64,000 bases of DNA from Eledone cirrhosa (lineage: Eukaryota). Below are positions 11,718-25,558 of the stretch, piece after piece. The notes under the pieces are model-generated. The model saw only the letters and a list, made by a program, of their open reading frames with translations. It had not been told where the DNA came from and searched no databases. Each line of letters opens with the position of its first letter. Positions within the stretch are counted from its first letter, which is position 1. The stretch is from contig OZ024742.1 of NCBI GenBank assembly GCA_964016885.1, forward strand, positions 111,972,001 to 112,036,000, written 5' to 3'. A program made the position numbers and the translations under genes.

Positions 11718-12619
11718 TAGTCAGTTCATATATATGCCTGTCTGTGTTGATGGTATCAGAGCCTTGGGACATATATATATATTCTGTAGAGATTGTTTTG
11801 GTAAAAGCAGGAGCACAGAGGAGAAAGCTATTCTATATTTGTAGTTTGTAGTTACGATGGAGATTGAGTAAAAGCATAACATTAAGATAGATGCTGATGT
11901 TACTTGAATCATTTATTCATAATAATTATTTCAACAGTTCTATCATGCAATCCAAAATGTAATTCATGCATTTGTTGTTATGAGAACGGTAACCTCAGAT
12001 GAAATTCGATTTTGTGATATGCTGCAGGCAGAAAAACACGTCCTTCTCTTCGTGCGCCCGGTAGACACATAAGTTACTAAAGGTTCCTTCCCTGCCGCCG
12101 TTTTTACATTTTCTGGAGCTAAGTGCTATCTATGCGTCAATTAGTAAATCTGGACTCATCTACCCCCCACGGAACTGAATCGTAAATTACCAAAATGCTA
12201 GCCCTTCAACTGTATTGTGGTGATATGCACCAGAAAATAGTTTATGCGTACCTAGATTTCAGCAGATAGTGGAAGAAGTAAATGGAACTCTGAGGGTGGG
12301 CGATATAGACAGTTTGATGGAAGCTATATTCAAGACAACAACAATATCAGTAACAACAACAACACCGACCACATCGCCTAATTTTGTCGTTGTAGTATCA
12401 GTGATAATAATATCCTGCTAATGGCAACTACTATATTTCGATCGGAAAGCCAGGCAGTGGCGGCAATAACGAAAACACTAGTAATGAAATCCACCACAAC
12501 GACGACGGCAAAAAAAAATGCATTGGTGGTATAATCGCTCTAAATAAATTCCTATAGTAATGATAATAATAATCGTTTCTACTCTTTCGTACAAGGCCAG
12601 CAAAAATCCCAGTACATAA

Positions 12620-12807
12620 TAATTGTTTCTACATTTGGCACATGACCAGAAATTACCCCAGTGTATTACTGGTACTTTATTATAACGACACCGAAAGGAT
12701 GAAATGCAAAATTAACCTCGGCGGCCATTTGAACTTAGATCATAAAGGACCGTAACTCTGTGCTGCAAAGCGTGGCCTCCAACCTTCGACCGATACTGCC
12801 AACCACT
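12620..12807 (-). mobile_element. tRNA-derived SINE (plus a duplicated 3' fragment at about 12575-12617)
   Basis: Reverse complement of the SINE consensus (ctggtacttt..aaggatgaaa..aacctcggcgg..ttgaac..ccgatactgcca). Confidence 0.8.
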
Positions 12808-13212
12808 ATAGTAGTCGGTCGTAACTTGAATGGTATTAATAGTAACAACGACAACAACGCCGGGACAAAAATGACTGCGTGAGTGTCAATTCGAGTTGTA
12901 GGTAGTGAATAGAGGAACAAACACATACATAGTGGTATATATATATACAAGCGCATGTATACATACAGGGAAAATTGAACAAATGGATATGTAACACGGA
13001 CCCTCATGTTGTGAGTATACAATCCTATACGTGCATAACACAATGGTGGTAGTGTGATTTTGTGTCAGACACACACAGGCCATCGAGGATTAGCCCGAGG
13101 TTTTGGTCGGTGTGTGGCCACGCACGGCTTCCATGGTGGAGATTTGTACTAGACCATACCCAGTACATCAACGTTGCTAATTTGTATAGTCTGAGCCAGG
13201 TTCCAGTTGATA

Positions 13213-13214
<2 letters not shown>

Positions 13215-13308
<94 letters not shown>
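13215..13308. repeat. (TG)n microsatellite
   Basis: Pure TG run. Confidence 0.95.
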
Positions 13309-13309
<1 letters not shown>

Positions 13310-13836
13310 ACGTATGTAGATATTTGTGTGCGGGTGTGTATTACATATTTACAATATGGATTATAATTTTTAACACCTACAATTCTAATTCTAACACCCT
13401 TTACCAACAGGATTCTTAATATTGATAAGCATACACATCCCCAATGAACCCGTATCTGTTTACATATGTGAATATTTCACTAACAACTTCAATACTACAT
13501 CAAATTGAGGGTTAGTAGTTACATATTAACACTACTGCCACTAATATCAGATAGGTCACCTAGACCAAGGCACCCCTATTTTCTTGGTATATATAGTTAT
13601 TATAGCTGGTTGTTAAAAGCAACGTTAACAATGTGACCTGATTTTAGGACAACTGACCTAACAAATTCAATAGACTTGGTATTAGAATGATAAGATGGTA
13701 TCTGACCAATGAGAGGAAAGTATATTCTACTGATGCTTTAATTCGTTCATTCTAAATCATATGCTACCAGTTATTTGAGAAGGCAATACAATATTTCGGG
13801 ACAGGGCATTTCAGAGGACCGAAATAAAGGAGATCT

Positions 13837-13942
13837 CGCTGAGGTTAACTTTGCCTTTCATCCTTACGGGGTCGATAAAATAAAGTACCAGTAATGTACT
13901 GGGTAATTGCTGGCTCCGTGCCAATAGTAGAAACAATTATTA
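13837..13942 (+). mobile_element. SINE 3' half
   Basis: gaggttaactttgcctttcatccttacggggtcgataaaataaagtaccagt...gtagaaacaattatt. Confidence 0.8.
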
Positions 13943-14565
13943 TGTTGTTCTCTTTTTTGTTCTTTTATGTTATAGTTCTAGCTGTATTATGTGGTCATAG
14001 TGGTTGAATAAGGTTTTATTCATATTCGCTGTCATATATATTTCGTTGATAACAATTATTCAACAACTATGACCACATCAGTTATATATGGGAGAGTGTT
14101 TGTTCCTGTATGTGTGTGTGTTCTTATGCATATCTAAATGTGAGCCTGCAAGTGGAATAGAAACCTAATTAGTGATGCAGCGCAAGCTACAATAGAGACA
14201 CTGGAAAGCGGGGGCTTATTAGATGAAAGTTTTACTAAACAGAATTAGGAAATTTACTAATGGTGCTCTGCCTGAATATTATTTGTACAACTCTGAAATC
14301 TATATCGAATAACATTCCATACTCAGAATTTCTATGAGATGCGTTTATTTAAACGATACAATAATAAATATATGAATTTTATCTATTTTCATATCAACTC
14401 AAACGAAATCTTATTTCTAAGACATTTAGTTTATGTTTGACCAGCACTATTAAGGTTTCTATTATTGTATAAATATCGTTTCTGCAAATGAGGAATATAT
14501 ATGTTTTGATTAATTTGAATTTCTCGTGTTTAACAAAGTGCATATTGTTTTTATATAAATTGTAT

Positions 14566-14757
14566 GGCAGTGGATTGGTAGTATCGGTAGAGGGCCGTTC
14601 GCCATGCTTTGACGCAATGAGTTACAGCCCATTCCATTCTGAGTTCAAATCCCGCCGAGGTTAACTTTGCCTTTCATCCTTACGGGGTCGATAAAATAAA
14701 GTACCAGTAATGCACTGGGATAGTTGCTGGCCTTGTGCCAAAAGTAGAAACAATTAT
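14566..14757 (+). mobile_element. tRNA-derived SINE, full length
   Basis: A/B boxes, body and tail as in other copies. Confidence 0.85.
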
Positions 14758-15245
14758 TTTACTGGAGGTAGTTTCATATATTTAGGTAGATATATATACT
14801 ACATTTATATAGGCATACACATCTGTGGAAATGCAAAGTGTCTTCGAATATGGAGACATATATAAAGCATATATATAGCATTGTCAGAGTCACTGATTTC
14901 TAATGCCACTGAGGTTAGCTTTGTCTATCATCGATTCAGGATCAATCATTCTTATAACATACAAGTAACACGAATGTGTTGTTTCTCTCTCTCCTTGTTT
15001 CTTTCTCTCTCCCACTTTCTCATTGTATCTGCTACAGTAAGCCTTTTGGAGTATAAATGAAGAGGGCTGAGAGAAGAGTTGGTAATCATTCACTCTATAA
15101 ACATTGAAATATATATAGCTTGGAAAATATATACATATAAGTAAGTCTTCAAACGTACATATATACATACAACCAGGCATTGATTCGATTTGTAAACAGA
15201 CTTGTCGTTTCCGGTTATACTAATATCAAGCTTGAGTTTAATCAT

Positions 15246-15580
15246 CTCCTTATAATATATAACCAGCAATTTCTCTGTCTGTCCGTCCGAGAGTGGAAAC
15301 AGGTGCGCGCGTGCGAATGTTTTTTGCGCAAGCGACGCGTAGAGAGAGAGTGAGAGTGAAAGAAAGAGACAGACTACAAGAGGGAGATAGCGGGAGGGAG
15401 AGAGCGGGGAATTTAGGAGTGCTACAGAAACATATATACATTTCTGTGTGTGTGTAATATATATATATATACACACACAGAAATATATATATATACACAC
15501 AGAAATATATATACATTTCTGTGTCTGTAATATATATATATATATATACACACAGAAATATATATACATTTCTGTGTGTG

Positions 15581-15639
<59 letters not shown>

Positions 15640-16198
15640 CAGACATATATTTAGCATTTCTCTGTCTGTCTGTCTGACTGTCTGTCTGTCTGTCCTTCCC
15701 TAAAACTCAAATGTAGGTGCTACAGATATATTACCTTCCCCTTCCTTTCTCCACTTTGGTACTCCCAAGAGAAACACTGTCGCTATAGAAACATTACCTT
15801 CCCCTCTCCACTGACTTTGGTCACTGAGGCCGAGGGAATCGCTGGTTGCTATAGAGACACCTTGCACAAGCCAGAAGTACCCAGTTCGAGGCGGTTCTGA
15901 CTTGACACCATGCCAAGGACCATTTGAAGATATATTTCCATCGTTATAACATAACGTTTATGTATCATAACGTTTATATTTCCGTCACTAATCTCTTTTT
16001 CTCATTTTTCGTTTTAACATATATTTATTTCAAAGATTTTACCCTATAGATAACATATATATTTATACATGCATAAAGACACAGCGAGAGACGGTGAACA
16101 TGTGGTGCCGAAAACATTTCTCATCCAAATCTCAACAATATCAGCATATACACTAGATTTGCTAACAGAAAACCGCCCACCGGGTGGTTTTCTGCTAG
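15246..16198 (+). mobile_element. Non-autonomous Helitron-like element, followed head-to-tail by a second Helitron-like 5' end at 16199
   Basis: 5' TC..TATAATATATAA..ctgtctgtccgtcc start; 3' GC-rich hairpin (ccgcccaccgggtgg) then CTAG at 16195-16198. The next element starts TCTCTATATATATAAAA..tgtctgtctgt. Confidence 0.5.
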
Positions 16199-16733
16199 TC
16201 TCTATATATATAAAATGGAAGATGTCTGTCTGTGTGTGTGTATGATATTTATGCATTTATGCATTTCCACATTTCTCTACTGATTTTGATGATTTTTTTC
16301 CAATGTGCTCCAGATTTACCAAGGATGGTCAACGCGTAATAAACTTTGCCAAAAATGTCCTGCTTCTATGAAAAAAATCTAAATACATGCTGTAACTCTC
16401 TCTCTTACACGCTTAATTCCTCTCACTACTACCCTAAAAAATCTATGAAACTACATACATGTTGCAACTCTCTCTCTATATATATATATCACACACATAT
16501 ACATATACATCTAAAGAGAGAAAGGGAGATGTAGAGAGAGAGAGAGAGAGTGAGATAGGTCGTTATACAGAGAGTGGTACAAGATACTCAGATAGAGAGA
16601 GCATGGCAACGAACGCTGGTTCACACACACACACAAACACATATATATATAAAGACAGAGAGAGAGAGATCTGCGCGTTCTTTATTGTTCTCCATTCTGT
16701 AGAGGAAGAGAGAGATGGGGTATGGGTGAGAGA

Positions 16734-16772
<39 letters not shown>

Positions 16773-17169
16773 GAGGGTATGAGAAAAAGGGAGAGTGGTT
16801 GAGAAAAAAAGAAAGATTAAGCAACGAATCGCTGCTTTCAACATTAACGGGATCTTCTTAAACTAAAAAATTAAATCTGTGGACGCAGAATTAAATATTT
16901 TGAGAAACGTTGCAGCCGAAGGAAAACGGGAAGACAATATTTTGGTTCGTGAAGACGTTCCGTGTTAATGAACGGAAAAAAAAGCGAGGATAATACGTCG
17001 TTATGTGGACGAGAAGAACAATCTCATGCAAAGACGAGACCAAGTTTATGGTATAAATAGAGTCGTTAGACTAATATTCTATTTAAAATAAGCAAAAGAT
17101 TTCTAGCCCCGGAGTTTAAGAATGATGTAAATAAAATTGTAAACGAAAATGACAGAGTTTATTAAAATA

Positions 17170-17280
17170 GTTGTTTCTACTTTTGGCACAAGACCAGCGT
17201 TTAACCAGTACATTACTGGTACTTTATTTTATCAACCCCGTAAGGATGAACGGCAAAGTTAACCGCGACGGGATTTTAAC
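17170..17280 (-). mobile_element. SINE 3' half
   Basis: Reverse-complement SINE body and tail. Confidence 0.75.
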
Positions 17281-17731
17281 TTTGGCTTAAAATCGTAAAA
17301 GTAAATAGTGAAGATTTAGGCAAGTACATAGGTATGCGCCAACGGACATAGACATACATATACATACGCACACACAAATACATACACGCGCGCGCGCGCG
17401 CGTGTGTAAACCTTATGCATTTCTACAGTATTTTCACCAAACTTAAGAATAAGTTTCTTATGTACTCCAAATGGTCATGGGCACTCTCATTTTTCCAGAT
17501 ATTAATTATAGGGCCTCCCGGCAGATAACCACATTTAACCACTTCCTTGGAGTCGACTGAAGAACTGCAGTGCAATGCAACACAACGTCATAACATCTGC
17601 AGTTCGCAACCGATTTTTACAAAACTTGACACATGGGCTACGTTTGTTCTACAGATGAATGTGAAAGGAACGTAACATTGTAACTTTAACACAGCTACTG
17701 AGCAGCCCCAAGCAACGCCGGGCTTTACTGC

Positions 17732-18045
17732 TATAGGCGATAAAGTTGTGCAGAGAGACAGTCGTGCAGAGAGGTGATATAGGCGATAAAGTTGTGCAGA
17801 CAGAGAGTCGGGCGCATAGACGATGTAGGCATTCAGACAGACAGTCGTGCAGAGAGGTGATATAGGAGATAAAGTTGTGCAGACAGACAGTCGGGCACAT
17901 AGACGATGTAGGCATTCAGACAGACAGTCGAGCAGAGAGGTGATATAGGAGATAAAGTTGTGCAGACAGACAGTCGGGCTGATAGACGATGGAGGCATGC
18001 AGACAGACAGTCGTGGAGAGAAGTGATAGGCGATGAAATTGCATT
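17732..18045. repeat. Minisatellite (about 80-bp higher-order unit of cagacagacagtcg-containing subunits) between two Helitron-like 3' ends
   Basis: atagg(c/a)gataaagttgtgcaga..gtcg repeated 4-5 times. Flanked by 60-bp direct repeats 17674-17733 and 18340-18399 ending ccc(a/g)agcaac(g/a)ccggg..gcta. Confidence 0.8.
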
Positions 18046-18407
18046 TTCTTTTGTTTTTCATATCCATCCAATTTCTTGGTTTCAAAAAATCTGATAGTTT
18101 GGTTACGCTGATGTTTTTTGTCTGAGACAAGTGTTGCAGTGTTTACATTTTCGATTTTTGTTAATAGATTACCAGTGCAGTTTTTATCGCCAGCATCCTC
18201 TTTTGTTTTAACATTCGAGTTATGGATATGTTTTCTTAACTTCATAAGGCATACACTTGGTTGAGGGAATATTAATCAAATGTACCACATGAAAGTCTAC
18301 ACTGTAGACTCTACAGTGTTTAAGCCAAGAAAGGAACTTAACATTGTAACTTTAACACAGCTACTGAGCAGCCCCGAGCAACACCGGGCTTTACTGCTAC
18401 TATTTAA

Positions 18408-18692
18408 TAATTGTTTCAACATTTGACACAAGGCCAGCAATTATCCAGTGCATTACTGGTACTTTATTTTATCGACCCCGTAAGGATGAAAGGCAAAGTT
18501 AACCTCGGCGGGATTTGAACACAGAATGGCAAGGGTCGTAAATCTATACGTCAAAGCATGGCGTCCCACCCTCGACCTATACTGCCAATCATAGTTAATA
18601 ATTGTTTCTACTGTTGGCACAAGGCCAGCAATTACTCAGTTCATTACTGGTACTTTATTTTATCGACCCGGTAAGGAGGAAAGGCAAAGTTA
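18408..18692 (-). mobile_element. SINE, full copy (18408-18590) plus 3' half (18598-18692)
   Basis: Reverse-complement SINE consensus. Confidence 0.85.
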
Positions 18693-19699
18693 AATATTGC
18701 TTTCCTATTCTATTGCTATATATTTACGATTACATTAACTAATGAGTACTCTTCTGCTTTAGACGGCGTGGTGCAAACTGTAATTGTTGCTGATATATCA
18801 TGAAACATTTATTAGGAGCTACCTCATTCAGTGCTACATACCATGTGAAATGTATAATAATGCATCTGCTGAAATTTATTATATAATGAGGCTAATTATA
18901 TAGAAATCTCACATGGAGCAAACATAAAGCATTAATAATTTATATTTTAAAAAGAAAATCAAATTGATTATCAGAATTTCTTTCGGATCAAATAAGGACA
19001 ATTTCATAAATCTAATAAATGAAAATGCTTTTGAAACATTCAATTACAGTAGCAGGCAATATATTCATTGTTAATTTTCTAGTAGCCTAACTCTATTCAG
19101 TGATTTCACTGTAGAGCTGCAAGCCATATTATGGATAGTACTATAATTTGTATTTTGGAATGAAAGTGTGCCATGTTATATATGATATATATGCCATGTT
19201 ATATATGATATATATTATATATAGTGATTATAAGTAAAGATTTATAGTGTGAGTATGTGCAAGTCTTGCAGGTTTGTTTTTGTATGTCGGTGAAAGATTT
19301 TATCAATTTCTGTGGCACCTATTATTTGAATGTTTTTTTATGTTTTCTATTGTATCATTATTGCTTTTACTTTATAGTAGCCATAATTTCATTGTGAGCT
19401 TTCATCCCACTAGCAGCGTTGGGCATATTTACTCAGAGGGCGTGTAGTGTTTAAGTGTTTATTTTTCATTTGATTGGAAACACGTGCAATGTATGTTTTA
19501 TATGGTAGTGCAATTTTTAAAACTCTGTCTATATAACGTCCATGATTCTGGTTATTTAATTGATGCGACATTTTAATCATTAAACGACGTAATGCCACAG
19601 GAATTGTTTCTAGATAATGCTTATCACTAACATCGGGAATTGACCCATCTCTCTCTCTATATATATATATATCTCCCTATCTATCTATCTATCTCACTT

Positions 19700-20640
19700 A
19701 GAATGCGTTCCAAGCGGAAACGGCAATCCGCGGAGACTCCAATTCGACATTCTATAGGGGATTAGTGGAGGATAAGTGTTACGACGTTCTCGGGGAACTT
19801 TAGGCATCGAGGAGGATGAACTGACCAGTCTGTTCAGGAGGACTTTCTGTCCAGAGGTCTCTGGCCTGGCAGTTGTATCGAGGAGCTCTACCAGTTCGAG
19901 ACAACATCTACTGGCATGGACGCCCTGGCAGAGATCATGTTAAAAGGACCTTTCCAAGATGCGAGCAGGATATCGAAACCGTTCTGCACGCAATTGTCCA
20001 GTGCCCAGGGGTGACCGACCTGTGGAATTATGTCGAACAGCTGCTGTCACCCATGGGACGCATACGGTTATCAGCCAAGTCCACCGTGAGGATCACCCCG
20101 CCGCCTTCATTTAAGAATGAAGGAGAGGCGGTTTTCCTCTGTCTGGTGGCTATGGCGAAAGAGGTAATATGGTGGACGAGGTTAAAAGGACTGAGGGCAA
20201 ACACCTTTATGTCCGGACAAGAACTTATCTATCATCTTCTTAAAGTACTACTTCAGAAGGAAGGTGAGATTGGAGAGAGAGGTGCTACACTCCAGTAAAT
20301 TCGCTAATAGGTGGGTGAATGTGGCGAAAATGGCCCGAGTGAATGGGCCTTGTCTGTATATAAACCTGTAGGTTGAGGAAGATAAACAGAGGGAAGACGG
20401 GATCACATACAAAACGTGGTCCTGGTGTTGAGGGTTGTTCTATCTACGGGGTGTAAAACAACCCTGCAGTAACGCCCCCACCCCCACCCCCCCACCCATA
20501 TTGGGGATTTCAATTATTATTTTATTATCCATAGTTTATTGTTATTTATTAATGTTAAAGTTATATGATTTTTATGTAAAACCCCCGCCGTCACGCCTTG
20601 CAATGTGCCATTTTTGTACGCCCTGTGGCAAATAAAGAAA
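19700..20640 (+). mobile_element. L1/Tx1-like LINE 3' fragment (zinc-binding C-terminal domain, 3' UTR)
   Basis: WQLYRGALPVRD...PRCEQDIETVLHAIVQCP...LW...AKEVIWWTR resembles the zf-RVT C-terminus of L1-clade ORF2; ends with aataaagaaa. Confidence 0.7.
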
Positions 20641-21310
20641 TGCAATGGATGATCGCATTTAAAGGCCGTTAAAGGTTCTTGGCTCTACCATTGTTACTAT
20701 CACTTTCCTCTAGCCATGGGACTTGGAGACATGAGCCGAATGCTACCATTCTATTATTCATCGGTGTGGGACTGCTCTTTCTAATAGCCATCTTTTCAGC
20801 TCTTAATAATTTGTGTGTGAGACACGTTGGCTGAGTTCTTTTGACGGGAACGGACGGATTGGTTTTCTAGTTTCCCGCCACCATGTAGAGTTTGTAAATC
20901 GGTGACTAGTCGAGAGATAGAATTGTATCGGGTGCCGGTTGCTAATCGCTTTACAGTGTCTGTTGTCACAAACAGTCATGACCGGCATGGGCTTGTGTTT
21001 GGACTCTGTTGATCGGTTGGTTATTGATTAGGCGATACCCGCTGATGACGCCGTATAAGCCGATTGTGCATTGTTGCATAATATATGCAGACGGATGGTG
21101 CAGTGCACCTTACTGTTGCATTAGTGCGGCCGAAACTCGAGTCCGGGAACTATTATAGGCAGCCGTTTTACGTGTGTGGTATTCAAGCGAATATCTATGT
21201 GTATACTCTGGGAATGTATCTTATATTGCCCATAGAGTACGCTGAGATACAACCGGTCCTGGCATTGATAAATATGCTGGGTCCGTCAACTCCTGATATA
21301 TATATATATA

Positions 21311-21696
21311 ACACACATCAAACAAAACACTATACACACACGCAAATGCATGCGCAAAGAAGACAAAATAAAATAAACAAATAAATAAATATATAAACAG
21401 ACTAAATAAAGATGGCGTAGACAATACAATACAACGGGAGGAAACTATAGCACCATTGACGATGTTGCAGATGTGCAACGAAAGATTTATGATAAACTAT
21501 ATATATATGTGTTTGTGTCTATATTGTATCTGTATTATTTTTTGACCGTCGGTCAGTCAATGGCAACATTGAGGACCGAGTAAGTTAGATTACCGATATA
21601 AAAGACAGCGAGAAGCGAAAACCAACCAAACAGTGAGTGTGTTCTGTTATTAATTCTGGCAATATTACACAAATATGACCCTCCCCAAGTATAACA

Positions 21697-21700
<4 letters not shown>
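21311..21700 (+). mobile_element. Solo pseudo-LTR of PLE family D with HHR-like motif (21451-21492)
   Basis: Reverse-complement match to 60343-60750. TTGACGA t gttgca gatg tgcaac GAAA gattTA. Confidence 0.8.
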
Positions 21701-21731
<31 letters not shown>

Positions 21732-22489
21732 TTTTTTTCAAATGTAAACAAGATACGGATTAACGAACTCGCATTACAATCTTGCGCACCACGTGAAACC
21801 ATGATTCACTCCATTATCCCAGTCACAATGAAAGGCAATATGGTATTGTCAATTAAATACATGCATGTGTTGGTAACTTCTAAAAATATACGTTCACATA
21901 TATTCCAATTATGAATTATGTAAATGTAAAGGAACTACTTGGCTAACACTTCTGTACAGAACATAACAGAATTAGACAGAACTATAGTAGAATGGGCGCC
22001 AGTATTCCAAAATGTCTAACATAATCTTAGGAAAGATAGATCATAATTTATCATTCTATACTTTGATTTACTGATTTATTTTCGCTTTACTAGCGTTGAT
22101 TTTTATGGCGTTGTCTTGAATCTTTGATCGCGTTTCCTACTTATAATATTATTATCTAATTCTTCCAACACCGTATTGTTTGAATCGCTATATTTGGTGA
22201 TCGTGTATTATGGTTGAACTAACGAATAATATAGATAATTATATTATGGAATTTCTACAATATTTATACTATTTCAGTTTCCTATATACTGCTGATGATG
22301 TACTATATAACCTTATCAAGTATCATTCATGCGTTTCGAAAATATGTATGTACGTACATGTAAACAGCACTATTTAAAACTATTACTCGAGAATTTGAAT
22401 TAATTGTCTATGATATTATTTTGCCATCTATCGTTGATATGCACGTACATTTCATAGTTCCATACTGATAAATATCTCATTATTTCGGC

Positions 22490-22640
22490 GTCGGACACCA
22501 TGCTTTGACGCAATTCTTGCAATTCTGAGTTCAAATCCCGCCGAGGTTAACTACGCCTTTCATCCTTACGGGGTCGATAAAATGAAGTACCAGTAATGCA
22601 CAATGATAATTGCTGGCCTTTTGCCAAACGTAGAAACAAG
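22490..22640 (+). mobile_element. SINE, 5'-truncated
   Basis: B box and body. Confidence 0.8.
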
Positions 22641-22847
22641 TATTTCGGCCTGAGATAGAATTAGATTTACTATAATAAAATTAGACGCTATGATGTTACG
22701 TGATATGTTATTCATAGGATATTTTCTCAACATACACATGCACTTACACATACGCAAACACACACAGACACACACACATATACGCGCACGCACACACACA
22801 TAGACACACCAAATATATATATATATATATATATATAGGAGAAAGTA

Positions 22848-23068
22848 TGACCCCGACGGCAGAGCTCAAGCGTTCCGACGGCTATTTCTGGAGTAAAGTA
22901 AGAGTTTAAAAAAAAAAACTCTTACATTAGTCCAGAAATAGCCGTCCAAACGGCTTGAGCTCTGCCGTCGTGATCATAATTTCTCCTATTACCCACTCTA
23001 CTACCCTAAGTATTGAGTACTCTGGTGCGTTATGGTCCATCTGGTTCCTTACCACAACTCCTTCGTTA
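22848..23068 (+). mobile_element. Fold-back fragment of the family E pseudo-LTR
   Basis: Matches the reverse complement of 43349-43490 and 46703-46835; palindrome 22848-22976. Confidence 0.75.
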
Positions 23069-23113
23069 TATATATATATATATATATATATATGTAGATA
23101 TATATAATAATAA

Positions 23114-23304
23114 TAATTGTTTCTACTTTTGGCACAAGGCCAGCAATTAACCAACACATTATAGGTACTTTATTTTATCGACCCCATAAGGATGAAAGGC
23201 AAAGTTAACCTCGGCGGGATTTGAACTCAGAATGGCAAGGGTCATAACTCTATGAGTCAGAGCATGGCGTTCGACCCGCTACCGATAGTTCCAATCCACT
23301 GCCC
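23114..23304 (-). mobile_element. tRNA-derived SINE, full length
   Basis: Reverse-complement consensus. Confidence 0.85.
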
Positions 23305-23589
23305 TATATATATATAATAATAATGAGTATAACCGTAGGTGTAGCTCCGAGTAGCAGATTTGCAACCGATTTTCGAAGGTTGTACCAAAGCACTCAATGA
23401 GAGAGTAATGAAGAAATTACTCCTCAGAGTTAACAAAATAAGTTAGGTAATAGTGACACAATGAAAAATGTGACCCCAGTCATGTTGCTACATTAATACT
23501 ACAACAACTAAAAATACAAACAGGTTAAAGACGAACCTGGACCTGATCGATAGATATTAGATATAAATCGATAAATATCTTGAATAGGT

Positions 23590-24935
23590 TTGCGAAAAAT
23601 CCAGAAGTTACACTACAAATTGCGTAATGTGTATGTAAATCAGTAATGTTTCCATGTCTTTCAAATCAGGATTTGTCTACCAAGGCAAGAGCTATTGTTT
23701 ACGGAGACATATCCGGGTGTAGGAGATTTATCCGGGATTTCTTGATGGAATTTGTTCAAAGACATCTCGAACTTTATGGGATCTGTTCCTGTTTTAATGC
23801 GTTTTGGTGTAATCTCAACGAGAGCGGGGCCAATTAAGGTGAAACAATTGTGCCATATTGTTGTTATGAGATGCGAGTGTGATTTTTGTTGTGGGCGGAT
23901 AGCACGGGGCCCAAGCCTTGGGTGTACCTTAAAAGTGATGCTAACAACAGTTGGGCAATGCTGATGGAATATTTTCCACATCATGCAGATGATGTAGCGC
24001 TGACGGCGAGGTTGGAGAAAATAAAGTTTGAGTTTTTCTAGTCGACCCCAATAGTCAAGGCCTCACATGCCATATGTCGTTGTGGCTCTGCAGGAGCTTC
24101 AGTTTTCATGATAAATTGTTTCGTGTGGGGAGACCAGAATGGACAACACTATTCAATGTGGGGTTGAGTAAAAGTGGAAAAGAGATGGATAATACTGTGG
24201 ATATCCTCGGTCAGCAGCATATTGTTATTTTCTGCCCATTCGATAACAGCCAGTAGGTCTGACTGAAGGCATGTCCGGTCACCCACCTCATTGATGACCT
24301 TCTCGAAGTTGGAATCATCAGCAAAGATTCTTATGTTTCTGAGCTTGATGATGTCAGTAATGCCATTAATTTAGATGATGAAAAGAAGTGGACCCAAAGA
24401 ATGCCTTGCGGAGCGCCACTAATGACTTTGGCTGGGCTTGATTTTACACCTTCGACTACAACATGTTGAGCTCTGTCTGTCAGGCAACAGTTGATCCATT
24501 GCAGTAACTTTCCAGGGACACCAATGTTGGTTGCATTTTCCAATAGAATTTTGTGATCAACCCTATGAAAGGCCATGCTGAAATCAGGGTAGATCGCATC
24601 AGTGTTGGAGCGCTCTTCCAAAGCTCCCAAAACGTCATCAAAGTGATGCAGGACCTGCGTTAGGCATTCCCTTCCAATACGGAACGCATGCTGGTTGAAG
24701 TTGAGCAGTCTGTTGCTTTCAAGAAAGTGGGTTATTCATGATCTCACCACTCTCTCAAATAACTTGACGATATGAGAGGTGAGTGAGATCGGAAGGTAGT
24801 TCACTGCAAGGGACTTGTTTCCCTTTTTGAAAACTGGGACAACACCCTAGAGCAGAAGATTAGTAATAGGATATGTAATTTTGTGTCGAAACACCTTCAG
24901 GACACAAGCAGGGAAACTATCGGGGCCTTCTAGTG
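23590..24935 (-). mobile_element. Degenerate CR1/Jockey-group LINE ORF2 fragment
   Basis: DAIYPDFSMAFHRVDH..LL, V..SGAPQG, IFADDS, YWGRLEKLKLYFLQ.RRQRY.I..MWKI motifs in broken frames. Confidence 0.8.
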
Positions 24936-24956
24936 AATTGTGTTTAATTTCGTTTA

Positions 24957-25480
24957 CATGCCAACACAAGAGCAAGAATGAAGGGCTCATTCTACTGACA
25001 TGGCTTTAAAAATGAGGCTTGTTTGCCTAATTGCAAACAAATCGAATATTATTATTAATATTCGAAAAACTCAGATTACATTTATTGTATCCAGATTACA
25101 TTTATTGAACATGGAAAAGCCGGCCATTCATGGCTCATATACAGAAAACTGACTGGCCAGTCTGCTGATATGCAAATCTGACTGATCAGTGTATCAGCTA
25201 ATATGCAAATCTGACTGATCAGCCAGTCTGCTAATATGCAAATCAGACCAATCAGTTACTGAATATTTTAGAGAATATCATATATTCTCACTAGCTCCGA
25301 CAGTTGGCAGGTGAACTGTTAATACCCAGAAACCTTATTGTCTGTAGTTCTGTTTGCATGCCAACGCAAGAGCGAGAATAATGGGCTCATTCTACTGATA
25401 TGGCTCTAAAAAGGAGGCATGTTTGCATGATTGCAAACGAACCGAATATTAATATTAATATTCTAAAAATCTAGATTACA
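24957..25480 (+). repeat. Second locus of retrozyme-like family R2 (400-bp unit plus about 120-bp redundancy; HHR core deleted)
   Basis: Collinear with 11081-11584. At 25313-25350, gaactg-ttaatacccaGAAAccttattgTCtgtagttc lacks CTGATGA. Three ATGCAAAT octamers. Confidence 0.75.
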
Positions 25481-25481
25481 G

Positions 25482-25558
<77 letters not shown>

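Noticed and set aside
17732-18045. CRISPR-like array
   Set aside because: Eukaryotic context, and the intervening segments are themselves repeated rather than unique spacers.
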